A stretch of DNA of 64,000 nt, from NCBI RefSeq assembly GCF_018977255.1, contig NW_024704742.1, forward strand, positions 85,314,001 through 85,378,000, written 5' to 3'. A program made the translations under genes and the position numbers. The notes beneath the pieces are model-generated. The model did no database searches, was not told the origin of the DNA, and saw only the letters and a program-made list of their open reading frames with translations. Source of the stretch: Callorhinchus milii. Taxonomy: Eukaryota. This document shows positions 1-43,758 of this stretch, one piece after another. The number at the start of each line of letters is the position of its first letter. Positions within the stretch are counted from its first letter, which is position 1.

Positions 1-458
1 GCCACTGAAATGGACATGTATTTATTTGTCTTTGGTCCTTGTGCAGTCTGGAGGGTTTCGGATTCACGTTCAAATAGCCATCAGCCTCAGAGATCACCGT
101 CACTGCAGCTAATCGTGTGGTTTTCCTTTGAATTCAAATTAAAAATCAATTCAAACGAACCGTTATTAAAATGAAAAGTAATTCAAATTAAAAGGGAACG
201 TTTTAATTCCTTTTTAAATTAAAATGGAGTTGCATTAAAACTAAAATCAAGGACATCCTGGTTCAACATTAAAAAATGTTAATCCACGATGCTAATAGAG
301 GGGGAAAAATCCAGTTTCCCTCATTATTATTATTATTATTAATTATTATTTTTAAATGAATGGAAACGGGGGAGCAAGTAAACTTGTGAGCAAAGTGGAT
401 TAAAAGGAGGGCTGGAGAGTAGAGAGAAATACACAGGGCTGTACATAAACTTATCACC

Positions 459-528
459 ATGGGAATATCGACATTTCTGCTCTCACTTACACCCAAGTTG
501 TGTGTTTGCGGTTTATATTGCATAACAG
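459..528 (+). CDS. Candidate first coding exon (signal-peptide-like) of the guanylyl cyclase
   Basis: Strong Kozak context (tcaccATGG). Encodes MGISTFLLSLTPKLCVCGLYCIT and ends in phase 1 at AG|GT, matching the phase of exon 3327. The donor GTCACA is weak. Confidence 0.3.
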
Positions 529-1537
529 GTCACACTTAATGCACTCTGTCAGTGGAGCTGTGATTGGATTCATTTGTTTTTGTTTACAAATCATTAGGGT
601 ATTTGAGAATATGTTTTAGGGATATATGCACAGGGGCAGTGGCAGTTTTGTATTAAATCAATCTCTTCCCCTCCTCCCCGCCTTATTGGCATCTTAGGGT
701 CTGAAGTTGCGGCTAAATCTAAATCCATCTCGATGGACATTTCGTGCAAATGTCAATGAAACCACAGCCAGATCTGGTCTCACAAGCGATAGACCTTTAA
801 AGTTGTTCGCCAGTTAAACGTGCATCTGTTAAAGTGGGCGAGCAGGAGGCAATGTGATAGAAATAAAGCAAAAGATGCCCTTATTGAACTAATGAAAATC
901 TATCCAGTGAAAGGCTTAGTATTCATATTTCAGTCTGATTGTGTAGAATCTGTTTCTCAATAATAATAATCCTTGCTTTTGATATCACGCCTTATCAGAT
1001 TTTCACAGAATATATTGTAAAATGGATTCACTGTATATTTTTGTGGGCAAGACATTACCTTCCTTTTCTTTATCTTTCTATTGTATTTTGCAAAGTTCAT
1101 TTCAGTTTTTTTAAGCTTAAGTACAATTTGCTGATGAAAATAGTCGAAAGACCTCCCGTGCCCTGTCCCTGTGCCCAGTTGTCCCCCAGCAGGGAAACTT
1201 AAGTGAGCTCCAGAGATATATGTGTTTTCTCGTTCCCTGATAAATCCCTTCTCTATATAACAACAACAACAAAATTACATTTATAGAGCACCTTTCATGT
1301 CTGGAGAATGTCCCAAAGCGCTGAAGCTTTATAACAACAGTGTAACAGTGCAGTAAAACCTCATATAGTGGGCATTTAAATAGGAACCCGGTTGATTGTC
1401 GATTGGCAGTTCGCTTTCCAGGGAAAATGGTTTGTGCGTCAGCCTGGCTCAGTGACAGCATTCTTCCTTCTGCGTTAGAAGGTTGTGGGTTCAAACCCCA
1501 CATCGGGACTTGGAATCACATAGTCTAAGCTGACATT

Positions 1538-2408
1538 TGAGACGGTTCTATCAGCCTTATATGTACACCCACGATATGGCTCGCTCTCCCTCGCAGTGTG
1601 TACTGGATGGCCTCTGTGTTCAATCCTCACCAATGAATGCAAGTCCCTATAACTCGGTGTAACTTGACTAATGATTCTTCCAGAATGACAGGTGCTACCA
1701 ATTGCTATTTAAATTAAAGCGAATTGGGAAGTCAGAGGTTTATTTTACACCACTGTGACCCAGGCTGAACCTGTTTGTGTATTCCTTCCTTTGATTTATA
1801 CAGAAAGCTCGAGAAAGCACTGTCAAGTTAGATCAACAGAATTTTATTGTAACTTCGATGAAATCCACAACCCTCAACTTTAAATCTTAAACAACACGAT
1901 GAATATCAACAAACACAACTATGAGATAACAAACATTAATCACACTTAAACTACACACGCTAGCAGCCACTTCTAATCAAGTTAATGTAAAAGTGCACGG
2001 AGAACCAACCTCTGACTACTATTCATTAAAAGTCAGCGCACGTATCTTTGTTGTCGACCGTGAGCACATGGCGCTTGTTCTTTTATGGGCATTGAGCCCC
2101 TCCGCAAATTAGGGCACCCAATGGGAATTGTTTTGCTCCAATTACTTAATGTACTTGGGGCCTTTCTTAGGGTCTAATCAGATCCTCCCCTCAGTTGCCC
2201 ATTAGGGGACAAGTTCACTTCCAATCCTTCATTTGCCTATTGGATTGTTAAATTACCCGTCAAATTGCCGCACTCGATGCTAGAGTCAGACTTGATGACA
2301 CCATAAGTATGAAAAACGTTAAATACATTTAAAAAAATGTATTTAAAGCACTACTCAATATATTTAAACAACAGACAGGCATAGAAAACAAATGAGGTGA
2401 CCATGACA
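1538..2408. mobile_element. Solo LTR-like element inserted into a Deu-SINE
   Basis: TG...CA termini (TGAGACGG...CCATGACA) and a 4-bp TSD CATT at 1534-1537 and 2409-2412; the host SINE resumes on both sides; related copy at 26907..27338. Confidence 0.75.
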
Positions 2409-2594
2409 CATTCTAATACAATACTGGGGGGGGGGGATTGCTGTTTTGTTGGAGTTGCCGTCCTTCAGATGAGATGCTAAACAGGCAGGACTGGGAATAT
2501 TTATTATTATTATTATTTTTAATGTGATTATTATTATTATAAAATTTAGGCAGCCAGTTTTCCACAGGTCTTAGAGTAACTTGTGAATTCAAAA

Positions 2595-2920
2595 CCCGCA
2601 CCAGGACTTTGAACTCAGTCTAGGCCGACACTCCAGTGTAGTAGTGGGGTGTGCTGCATTGTCCTCAGTGCCATCTTTCAGGTATAACATTAAACTGAGG
2701 CCCCAGCTGCCTGTTCAGGTGGACAATAAAGATCCCATGGCACTATTCAAAAAGAGAAGGGAGTTTTTCTCAGTGTCCTGGCCAACAATCCCCCAAATAA
2801 AATTGAGCACTCACTTCATGGCATTCCCCTACAAAACATAGTCACTATACTTTACAGTAAATCCTGTGATGTTCAATAACATGATAAGATGCTATATCAA
2901 ATGCAAGCAGTGTTGTTATA
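2595..2920 (+). mobile_element. Deu-domain SINE (SacSINE1/AmnSINE-like), old copy
   Basis: Core ...ttaaactgaggcccc...ttcaggtggac..aaagatcccatggcactatt...gtgtcctggccaac; similar copies near 8690, 17660, 20420, 21690, 23510, 28140, 30680(-), 36810, 51760(-), 53060. Confidence 0.7.
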
Positions 2921-3118
2921 AATCCTATGATATGCTATGAGGCAACCTCCCAACGTGAAAAGGTGTTATTATTATTTCAATAATCACACCAACATCCTCT
3001 TATTTTCCAGCACCAAATGGATAACCTTTCACTGTGTATAGATGTTCACTTTTTTCCATCCCAATATACCTCACCTTACATTTACATTGAGTATTTCTCT
3101 TGTTTGTCCGTGTTGTTC

Positions 3119-3320
3119 CTAGGAAGACGGTGGAAGCAGAAAGTGTTGATGCTTTCAAAAGCAAATTAGACAGATTTCTTTTAGGAAATAATATCTTGGG
3201 ATACAGTATATAGTTTGGGACATGACATGTGCGTGCAACTGCCAGGATGGTGGAAGGCGACCTGGATGGACTTTGGTCTTCTTTCATTTAGTAATTCTTA
3301 TATTCTTATGTTCTTATGTT
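3119..3320 (+). mobile_element. CR1 LINE 3' end fragment with (TTCTTATG)n tail
   Basis: V.A.....FK..LD.FL-coding end of ORF2 and an octamer tail; similar copies at about 23995-24140 and 47000-47355. Confidence 0.65.
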
Positions 3321-3326
3321 TTCTAG

Positions 3327-35428
<32,102 letters not shown>

Positions 35429-37008
35429 CCCACAAACCTATATTTTCAGTTCTGCCAAATGAGAGTTGTTCAATGTTTCTGATCTTACAGGGAATACATA
35501 CAGCCGTCCTGAGTGACGTTCCCAAACTTTCTTTTTTCTTATCATTACTAAAAATTATAATAATTATTATTAACAATCATCACCATTAATATATTTGGTA
35601 TAATGCCTTTCATGTCAGGAGGACATCTCAAGGTACTTTGCATTTTGCATTCGCTATTGCACCTATATCATCTCAAAGCGATTTACAGTTTTCTGTAAAA
35701 TGCGTATTAACTGTATTTACGCAACAGCCACTTTGCACAGAAATGTCCCATAACCAGTCATGAGCTGAATGACTCATTTAATCTGCAGGATTGTTGGCCA
35801 GGTTTATGAGGGCCACCTTCAACCTAAAGTCACTCCTGGATTCCAAAAGTTGATAAGGTAATACATTTCCCAACATGCAAAATAAAACACACACAAGGCT
35901 GACCAAGGGGATTATGGAATTTTAATAATAAATAAGATATTGAAATTGTACAGACTTACTTTCAATCTAAATTTAACAAAAATAAAATGTTGGACTCTCA
36001 AACAGAATTTCCATGCACAATAACACTTCTTGCTATTTAGAGCTAAATACCAATTTCTGATTGGCTTTCAGTGGAATCAAAGATATTTATCTGCAAATTA
36101 GAAGCACAAGGCAATCTCAATCTATCTTGCAGGAAACAGCTGCAACCAGATGTTATTTGAAAGGAGCTGCTGTATTTTTCTTAGGAGATGTTTAGACTGG
36201 TAACATCTGTATTATTTGAATTGTGGCGATGTAAATAAAAATCTTCAAAACATTATTTTCTTTTTCGGTCAGCCGGTTGTCTGACACGTACTGAAACCCA
36301 TCACCATGCTTCAGAGTATCCAAACCAAATTGTGAATTCCATGCATCTCACCTACACATGGAAATCCCAAAGAGAGATTGTTGGGATGGAATATGCACTC
36401 TCTCCCTCGAGGAACCCATCCTGCTTACCTAATTCCGGAAAGTGTTAGGCGCAGGTTGGCAAGGGCCAAGGCTTGGGGACTCCAGAGTGTGTGTTGGGTA
36501 CTGCTGGAGTCTAACCAGCTAAAACTGCATAGCTTGCCATTCATATTGCTGTCTGGGAGCTTTCTCAGCCACAAAAATATAGATGATTTTGGTGCTGTTA
36601 AAGTGCAAGTTCTTTTTTAACTAAAAACTAACATGAAAATCAACCTGGTGGTGATTTAGGGTGAAGTTAAGGAGAATTCTATATACCAACTGGACAATAA
36701 TTGTTGTTTATACAAAACAAACCCCAGAATAACATCCTCAATTCTTCTGATCTTAAAGGAGGTTCACCTTTTCTTTAACTACCTCTCCCCCTGTAGCCTT
36801 GCTTGGCCCACTTGGTATGATTCTTCCCTTTGGGTCAGAGGTTGTTCAAGCTCCACATTGGATAATAGTCCAAGCTGATGGTCAGTACTTAAAGAGAGTG
36901 CCGTATTATTGGAGGTGCCTTCCTTTGGATGAGATGTCAAACTGAGGTGTAACTGTAAACTGACCCTATTCTTCAGGTGGATGTTAAAGATCCCATGATA
37001 CTAAATGT

Positions 37009-37310
37009 GGAGTCCTGTAGCTCAGTGGTCAGAGCATTTGCTTTGCAAGTGAGAGACCTGGGTTCGATTCCTGGCAGGGCAAAACCTTGGGCAAGTTTCC
37101 TTAATAATAATCCCTCAAAAACAAAACAATCATAAATTGATCACTTGAATCCATGACTGCTTGTGGGACACTGCTGTGCGCAATTGGCTGCCATGTTTCG
37201 CCCACATAACATGCAGTCAATTCACCTTACAGCATATTCTGTGAAGCGCTTTGAGACATCTAGAAGACGTGAAAAGCGCTATATCAAATGCAAGGATTAT
37301 TATTATTATT
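37009..37310 (+). mobile_element. tRNA-derived SINE inserted in an older Deu-SINE
   Basis: Full head, core and tail; flanked by TAAATG direct repeats; host SINE resumes after 37310. Confidence 0.9.
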
Positions 37311-38190
37311 AAATGAGAAAGGATTTTCTCCCAAAGTGCTGGACGTCAACCATTAAAATCAAATATCCATAACTATTCGTGGGACTCTGCTGTGTGCAAA
37401 AGAGTTACCACCATTGCCTGCAAAAAAAAAAAACCACTAAACACACTACACATGACATTAATTGCTGTAAAAAAAAACTTTGGGATGTTTCAATGTGACG
37501 CAGATTCTTCCTTTATAAACAGAAACAAAAATACTGGACGAGAAGTTTAAAGAGGGCACTCGTGTTCCAGTGAGGGAGTGATGGGCAAAGCCAATCTAAT
37601 TTGTTAAATAAATACACACGATGCGGAGATTCTAAATCACCTTGAAACATCACGGATGAAGTTGCTGCGTTAAATTCATAAACAGCTCTGCTCCTCCTTT
37701 TCCAAAATAGAAACTTTACTAACGTGTTTTTGTTTGTTTCTTTTAAAATCGATTGAGAGGGAACATTGTGATTGTTTGTCAGATCGAAACTGCAAGCAAG
37801 CACGCATGCAAGTACATGTAGATGCAGATATTTAAGACCCTCTCCCTGCACTTTCAGTAAGGTTTCCCCATCATAAGCAAGATCCTAAGGGCCGTTCCCC
37901 AACGTTCTGTATCCAGACTGAGCAAATACAGTCACCAAACCATCGGCATCAGATATGTCTTGTTCATAAACTCCTAATAACTCAGGCTTAACTTCTGTCT
38001 CAACTCCAGGCTTATCTTGTCACTACCACTTAGGTCAACATGCTATCAATATCCTGTCCATATTTATTTATGTATTTATACTATTTCAGATAACTGGTCA
38101 CAGAGCTCTTTTCCCTTGGAGTGACAAGTTATCAGGAGTTTACTGTAGTTATTATTAAATTTGATAATTTGCTACAATCTGCAAAACTAC

Positions 38191-38466
38191 AATAATAATA
38201 ATGATAATCCTTGCATTTGATATAGCGCTTTCCACGTCGGGAGGACGTCCCAAAGCGCTTCACAGAACACACTGTAAAATGAATTGACTGTATATTTGTG
38301 GGCGAACGCGGCAGCCAATTGTGCACAGCAATGTCCCACAAACAGTCGTAGATTGAAAATGACCAATTTATTATTGTTTTTGGTTTTGGAGGGATTATTA
38401 TTAGGCGTGTGGAGTGAGGAAACTTGCCCAAGGTCTCGCCCTGCCTGGAATTGAACTCAGGTCTCT
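38191..38466 (-). mobile_element. tRNA-derived SINE, slightly 5'-truncated
   Basis: Near-identical reverse complement of the 42883 copy. Confidence 0.9.
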
Positions 38467-38929
38467 CTACAATCTAGAGTAAGTTAACCAGAAAGGATAT
38501 CCCCTTAAATATATCCACTCAACATGTCCTCTACAAATTTAAACAGCAGAATGCAGATTATATTATAAAATCTGAGCAAAAAACAAGAGAAAAAGGCATC
38601 ACTCACTGCAGAAATGGACATCAGGCCACACATTCCTAATCAATACGTAGTTTAATGTTTACTAAACTCTAAATTGTTCTGGCGTCATCTGTAATAAAAA
38701 AATGCACAGTGCATGCTTTTATACTTTTGCTTGTTTTTTTTTTAAACGTTCATCGTATAAGTCAGACCGTCACTTGTTGATTAAAAAATAGAAATCTGTG
38801 CTCAGCTCAACAGCACGACTACAAGTTGTGGGGAGGAAGTGATATATAGCTCTCTCTCTGCTTTGGATCCACCTCAAGTCTTCACTTCACCAGCTCCTTT
38901 CCTCTCGGATCTCTCTGGCGAATGAATGA

Positions 38930-39170
38930 ACGAACAAGTTGGAACTTTGGAACTCTCTCCCTCAATCCTTGCGCCTTGCTCCACGCCTTCCTCTTTTTCA
39001 GATCACGCCTCAAGTCCTTCCTCTTCAACCATGCTTACGGTCACCTCCTCCCTCCTCCCCGGTTAGCCGGCTCGGCTTCGCTACTGTGAAGCGCTCCCTC
39101 TGAGACCCTCGCTCTGAGACCCTCCCCCGCATGAAGGGTGTGATATAAATGCAAGTCGTTGTTGTTATTG
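38930..39170 (+). mobile_element. L2 3' fragment just downstream of the TMEM215 stop codon
   Basis: LWNSLPQSLRLA...FRSRLKSFLF and tataaatgcaagt(TTG) tail. Confidence 0.75.
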
Positions 39171-39234
39171 TCTGGTTGATTTTGCTTTGGTTGTTGAGTG
39201 TAGAGTCCACAGGGCAGTTGCCCGCTTTGCCAGT

Positions 39235-39891
39235 TCACACAATGGTCTCGTAGTCCCAGCAGAACCTGATATGGCGTGGCTCTCCGGGGCTGGGATAGCA
39301 GCAATAGTACCTGCCGTAGGGCACACTGTCCCGTTGGGTAGGGGGGGCATAGATCACACTGTCCCGGGTACTGTACACACTGGTGTAGAAAGCGTTGTTC
39401 CGGTTGGGGCACAGGTTGCCCAGGGCACATTGGTTGAAGACACCAGCTGGGTAGAAAGTCTCCAGGAACCTTCTGGCAACTTCTTGCTCACCCTTTGGGA
39501 TCAGGCTACTAGAGTCAGTCTGGGAGCCCCTGTCCTCAGACCCCGGGCTCTTACACAGCCCCTGTTGGTGGCTGCTGCCCTCCCAGCCTGAGTCCCTGAG
39601 GCCAGCCCTCAGCAACTCATCCTCACGCTCTTCCTTCAAGCGGTGGCAGGAACGGCAGGAGCGGCAATAGGGGGGGCAGGGAGGCCACTTGGTGCAGCCG
39701 TCCGTCTTCTTTGCCAGGATGATGGCAGCCAGGCCAGGCAGGAAGATGGCAGGGCCAATGGCGATGAGGGGCACTCCACCCAGGGTCTCCCCCCTCACCC
39801 CAGACACTGTGAACATGAAGCCAAACACCAGGAATACACTGACCAGAGCCACCACCAGCCCAGTCCTGGGGTTGATGTTGTCAGGTCTCAT
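39235..39891 (-). CDS. TMEM215: Transmembrane protein 215 (218 aa, CDS in a single exon)
   Basis: N-terminus MRPDNINPRTGLVVALVSVFLVFGFMFTVSG...PLIAIGPAI.LPG.AAI.LAKKTDGCTKWP and C-terminus YCCY...WDYETIV match the TMEM215 family as I recall it; two hydrophobic segments. Confidence 0.95.
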   Translation of the reverse strand: MRPDNINPRTGLVVALVSVFLVFGFMFTVSGVRGETLGGVPLIAIGPAIFLPGLAAIILAKKTDGCTKWPPCPPYCRSCRSCHRLKEEREDELLRAGLRDSGWEGSSHQQGLCKSPGSEDRGSQTDSSSLIPKGEQEVARRFLETFYPAGVFNQCALGNLCPNRNNAFYTSVYSTRDSVIYAPPTQRDSVPYGRYYCCYPSPGEPRHIRFCWDYETIV

Positions 39892-40004
39892 CCTCAGACC
39901 AGCAGTCAGTCATACAGAGGGAGTCTGTCTGCATCAACCCCCCACATCCCCCTCTCCCCCTCTCTCCCTCCACACACACCAAGATCTCCTGTCAGAAGGT
40001 TAGT

Positions 40005-40175
40005 TGAAGACTTGGTGTTTGGTCCCTGCTTGTTTTTCGAGCCTCTCTTCCAAGGAGAGTTGGAGACTTGGTGTCTCGTCCCTGCTTTCTTTCAATCTTC
40101 TCTTCCACGAAGATTTTCTCTTCCAAGGATAGTTGCAGACTTGGTATTTGGTGCCTGCTTTCTTTTCGATCCTCT
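40005..40175. repeat. About 3 copies of a roughly 56-bp tandem repeat upstream of TMEM215
   Basis: agacttggt.t.t.gt.cctgctt...ttc.a..ctctc recurs near 40008, 40063 and 40137. Confidence 0.8.
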
Positions 40176-40839
40176 CTCTCTCTCTATCTCTTCCCCACCT
40201 CTTGGTGAGGAAGGACAGGGATTGCAGGTTGTGGTGTGTGTCTGTCCGCTGGCAATAGGTAGTTAGCTTTGCTGCCTTCTTGATACTTTCAGATGTTAAG
40301 TGGAGGCTCTTAGGGAGCGAGAGAGAGAGACAGACTGCTTGCTGCACACTCTTCACAGCCTCAGCCAGAGTGCAATAGGACAGCAGGAAGGAGAGAGGGA
40401 GTTAGAGAGAGAGGACCAGAAACTCGAGAAGGGGTGTGAGTAACCAGAGACCTTTTGCAATTTTTTTTCTAAACCTCCCAGATGTCCCGTCGCTGGCTGG
40501 TGCCTGGCTCTCGCTTACAGCCAAAAACTGGCTAAAAGGAGAGAAAGAGCTGACAAGAGGCTGTGCAAAGCCCTGGTCTGGTCAGGATGGTGTTAATCGG
40601 AATGAGAAGTGCCGCAGCAAGTGGCAGTGTGACTGGAGCTGCCTGATGTGGGCTTTGGGGTTAGTCTCTGGGATGAGCCAGGCTGTGATGTCTTGTTATC
40701 TTTGATACATTGCTTCACAGTATCTCTTGTCACTTCACTCACAGCGACTTCACCAGCAGCACAGACACTGACATCGCCCAGCTTTAGGAAATGTTTTTTT
40801 CTGTGGGTAATGAAACGCTCTCTGCCCTATAGATAGATA

Positions 40840-41350
40840 TACATCATAATAATGCTGTCATTATTATTAGTAGTAGTGTGTATCTATCTATCTATAGATT
40901 ATAATTGTTACAATTATAATAATTCATATATGATAATATCATAATTAGTAATAATTTGTGTGTATTAATATAATAATGATTATTATTGCTGTAATATTGG
41001 TTTAAAAACTCACTTATTTATGTACAAAAAGAAGCTTTGAATTTTAAAACAGTTTGAACAGTAGATTCGTTCAGAAAATATATATAAATGTAATAATAAT
41101 TATTATAGTAATGTTTATAGTAATAATTATCATTGTATAATTAGTTATAATAGTGCAATACATAATTATTGTAATTATTATTTATAGTAATAATTAACAG
41201 TGACCTGGAAATACTTACGGTTTTAGCACAAGGTTAAGATTGTGCAGAATATGTATAATAATAATTATTATATAATAATATAATTATTATTATTTTATAA
41301 TAATTATATTAATATATAATATAATTACTGTTAATGAATAACAATTATTA
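40840..41350. repeat. AT-rich (TAA/TTA) low-complexity tract
   Basis: Composition directly visible. Confidence 0.85.
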
Positions 41351-42882
41351 TTACACACATAGTTGCTTCTTTTTATATATAAGTGAAAATGAGTGTGTTT
41401 TACCGAAACACTAAAGGGCTGCAGTCTGACTGGGTATTTGTCTATTTCAGCATTAATCAGGTCCCTGCAATACACTGAGGGCTGGACACACATCACTGTA
41501 TGCACTGTCTCGCTACTGTATATCTGAGTGTTATGAAGAATTGCTTAGTTTTGCTAAATTAAAATAATGTTTTATTTAAAATAAAGAAACAACAACTAAT
41601 GTGCAATTCTCAGCTGCTACAGTGATTCAACTCGGGGGCGGGGGGGGCTGGAGGAAGGAAAGCCTTCACTTTTCGGCGATCTTGCAGCCATCAGATGTGA
41701 ATGCAAAAAGTTGCCAAAAAAAATCCTTATAAAAAATCTCCCGTTTAAGGCGCTTCCCCTCTGTACACCGATCCCTCTGGTGTCATGGACGGAGGCACCA
41801 GACTCTTCAGACATCCCAAACACTTCCGTCATTGAATCTCCCAAGGACTGGCTGAACCAGGGAGAGAGAACCACATCAATAAATCTCCTATATATAGCCA
41901 ATGGAGAAGAACATCTTACACCCCTAATTATACTTAGCCTCAGCCTGTAAAAAGATATTGTCTTAACATCGCAGCCCCCCATCCCCTCCTCCACAAAAAA
42001 AATCTCAAATTATTTTCGCCCACAAAATACAGTCAATTCACTTTACAGTATATCTATGAAGTACTTTGAGACATCTCAACAGTGATAAGGCGTTATATCA
42101 AATGCAAGGATTGTTATTATTATTATTAACCTGAAAGAAATTGACATCTGTTGTCATGGTCTGTCCATTGACACCATGGCCTTTGTTTAACCTCCGCTCT
42201 TTCCAACCTAAGCCAGTTTTTTTTTGGTCGGCCAGGTGTCTGACACATGCGGAAACCCATCACTATGCTTAAGAGTATCCAAACCAAACTGAGATTTCCA
42301 TGCATCCCACCTACACATGGAAATCCCGGAGATATTTATTGGAATGGAATGTGCACTCTCTCCCTGCAGTGACACATCCTACTTACCTAATTCTGGAAAG
42401 ACATCTCAACAGTGTGGTAAGGCTCTGTATCAACTTAGCTCTTATAAAACCTAATTCTGGAAAGAATTAGGTTGGTAAGAGCCAAGACTGATTGGTAAGA
42501 GCCAAGCTCCAGTGCAGTACAGGAGGAGTCAGAGTTGCTAACCTTAAGCTGGCGTCCTGCAAAGTGTAGTCAGCAATTATAATGATGTCACTAGCCACTT
42601 TACAGGAGCCAAGGCTTTGGGACCCCAGATATTGCTATCTGGCAAACTTTCCCCATTGCTTGTCCAACTAGGACAAGTTTACCTGTTAGGGCTTTGGCTT
42701 GCAGGATTAACAAGAGCTGAGTGGGGGTATTCCCTGCCCCCAGTGACTGTTAGAAAATCTCAAATGGTTTGCTGCACTTTTATTATTTTTAAAAAGGACT
42801 AGCTTCAACACTAAGAATTTTTTAAAAAATTTACATTTTTACTTGGAATACATTTGGAATCATAGGATCCTACAACATAGAA

Positions 42883-43201
42883 GGAGTCCTGTAGCTCAGT
42901 GGTTAGAGCACTCGCTTTGCAAGCGAGAGATCCGAGTTCAATTCCAGGCAGGGCGAAACCTTGGGCAAGTTTCCTTACTCCACACGCCTAATAATAATTC
43001 CTCCAAAACCAAAAACAATAATAAATTGGTCATTTTCAATCCACGGCTGTTTGTGGGACATTGCTGTGCGCAATTGGCTGCCGCGTTCGCCCACAAATAT
43101 ACAGTCAATTCACTTTACAGTGTGTTCTGTGAAGCGCTTTGGGACGTCCTCCCGACGTGAAAAGCGCTATGTCAAATGCAAGGATTATTATTATTATTAT
43201 T
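42883..43201 (+). mobile_element. tRNA-derived SINE, young full-length copy inserted in a minus-strand CR1 3' end
   Basis: A/B boxes, core and tail; CR1 3' remnant continues at 43202-43430. Confidence 0.92.
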
Positions 43202-43448
43202 AAGGAGGCTATTCGGCCCATCATGCCTGTGCTGCGTGTTTAAAAGAGCTATCCAACTAATCCCACTCCCCTGCTCTTTTCCCACAGCCTTGCAATTTTT
43301 TTCTTTTCAATATTCAATTCCTTTTTGAAAGTTATTATTGAATCTGCTTCCACCAGCCTTTCAGGCAGTGCATTCCAGATCGTAACAACTCGCTCTGTAA
43401 AAAAAATTCTCCTCATCTTCCCTCTGCCAAGAATTTAGGAATATAAAA

Positions 43449-43758
43449 AATAATAAATAATCCTTGCATTTGATATAGCGCTTTTCATGTCTTCTAGACA
43501 CTCAAAGTGCTTCACAGAATATACTGTAAAGTGAAATGACTGTATATTTATGGGCAAAACGTGGCAGCCAATTGCACACAGCAGTGTCCCACAAACAGTC
43601 GTGGATTGAGTGACCAAATCGTTATGTTATTTATTTCCTTGAGGTATTATTATCAGGTGTGTGAGTAAGGAAACTTGCCCAAGGTTTCGCCCTGGCGGAA
43701 ATCAAACCCAGATCTCTCTTGCGAATAGAGTGCTCTAACCACTGAGCTACAGGACTCC
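43449..43758 (-). mobile_element. tRNA-derived SINE
   Basis: Reverse complement of the same family. Confidence 0.88.

Noticed and set aside
10..175. Short ORF or exon at the window start as part of the cyclase
   Set aside because: No convincing donor site, signal peptide or phase match.
37009..38466. Inverted SINE pair forming dsRNA in a 3' UTR
   Set aside because: Likely poly(A) signals (cyclase AATAAA near 35881-35931; TMEM215 ATTAAA on the minus strand at 38651-38656) would end both transcripts before the pair.
39187..40356. ORFs overlapping or adjacent to TMEM215 (39187..39591, 39643..40266, 40000..40356)
   Set aside because: Antisense shadows of a GC-rich CDS or products of a tandem repeat; no recognisable protein features.
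41765..41800. REST/RE1 site upstream of TMEM215
   Set aside because: Only a partial resemblance (catggac...gcacc); the left half-site does not match.
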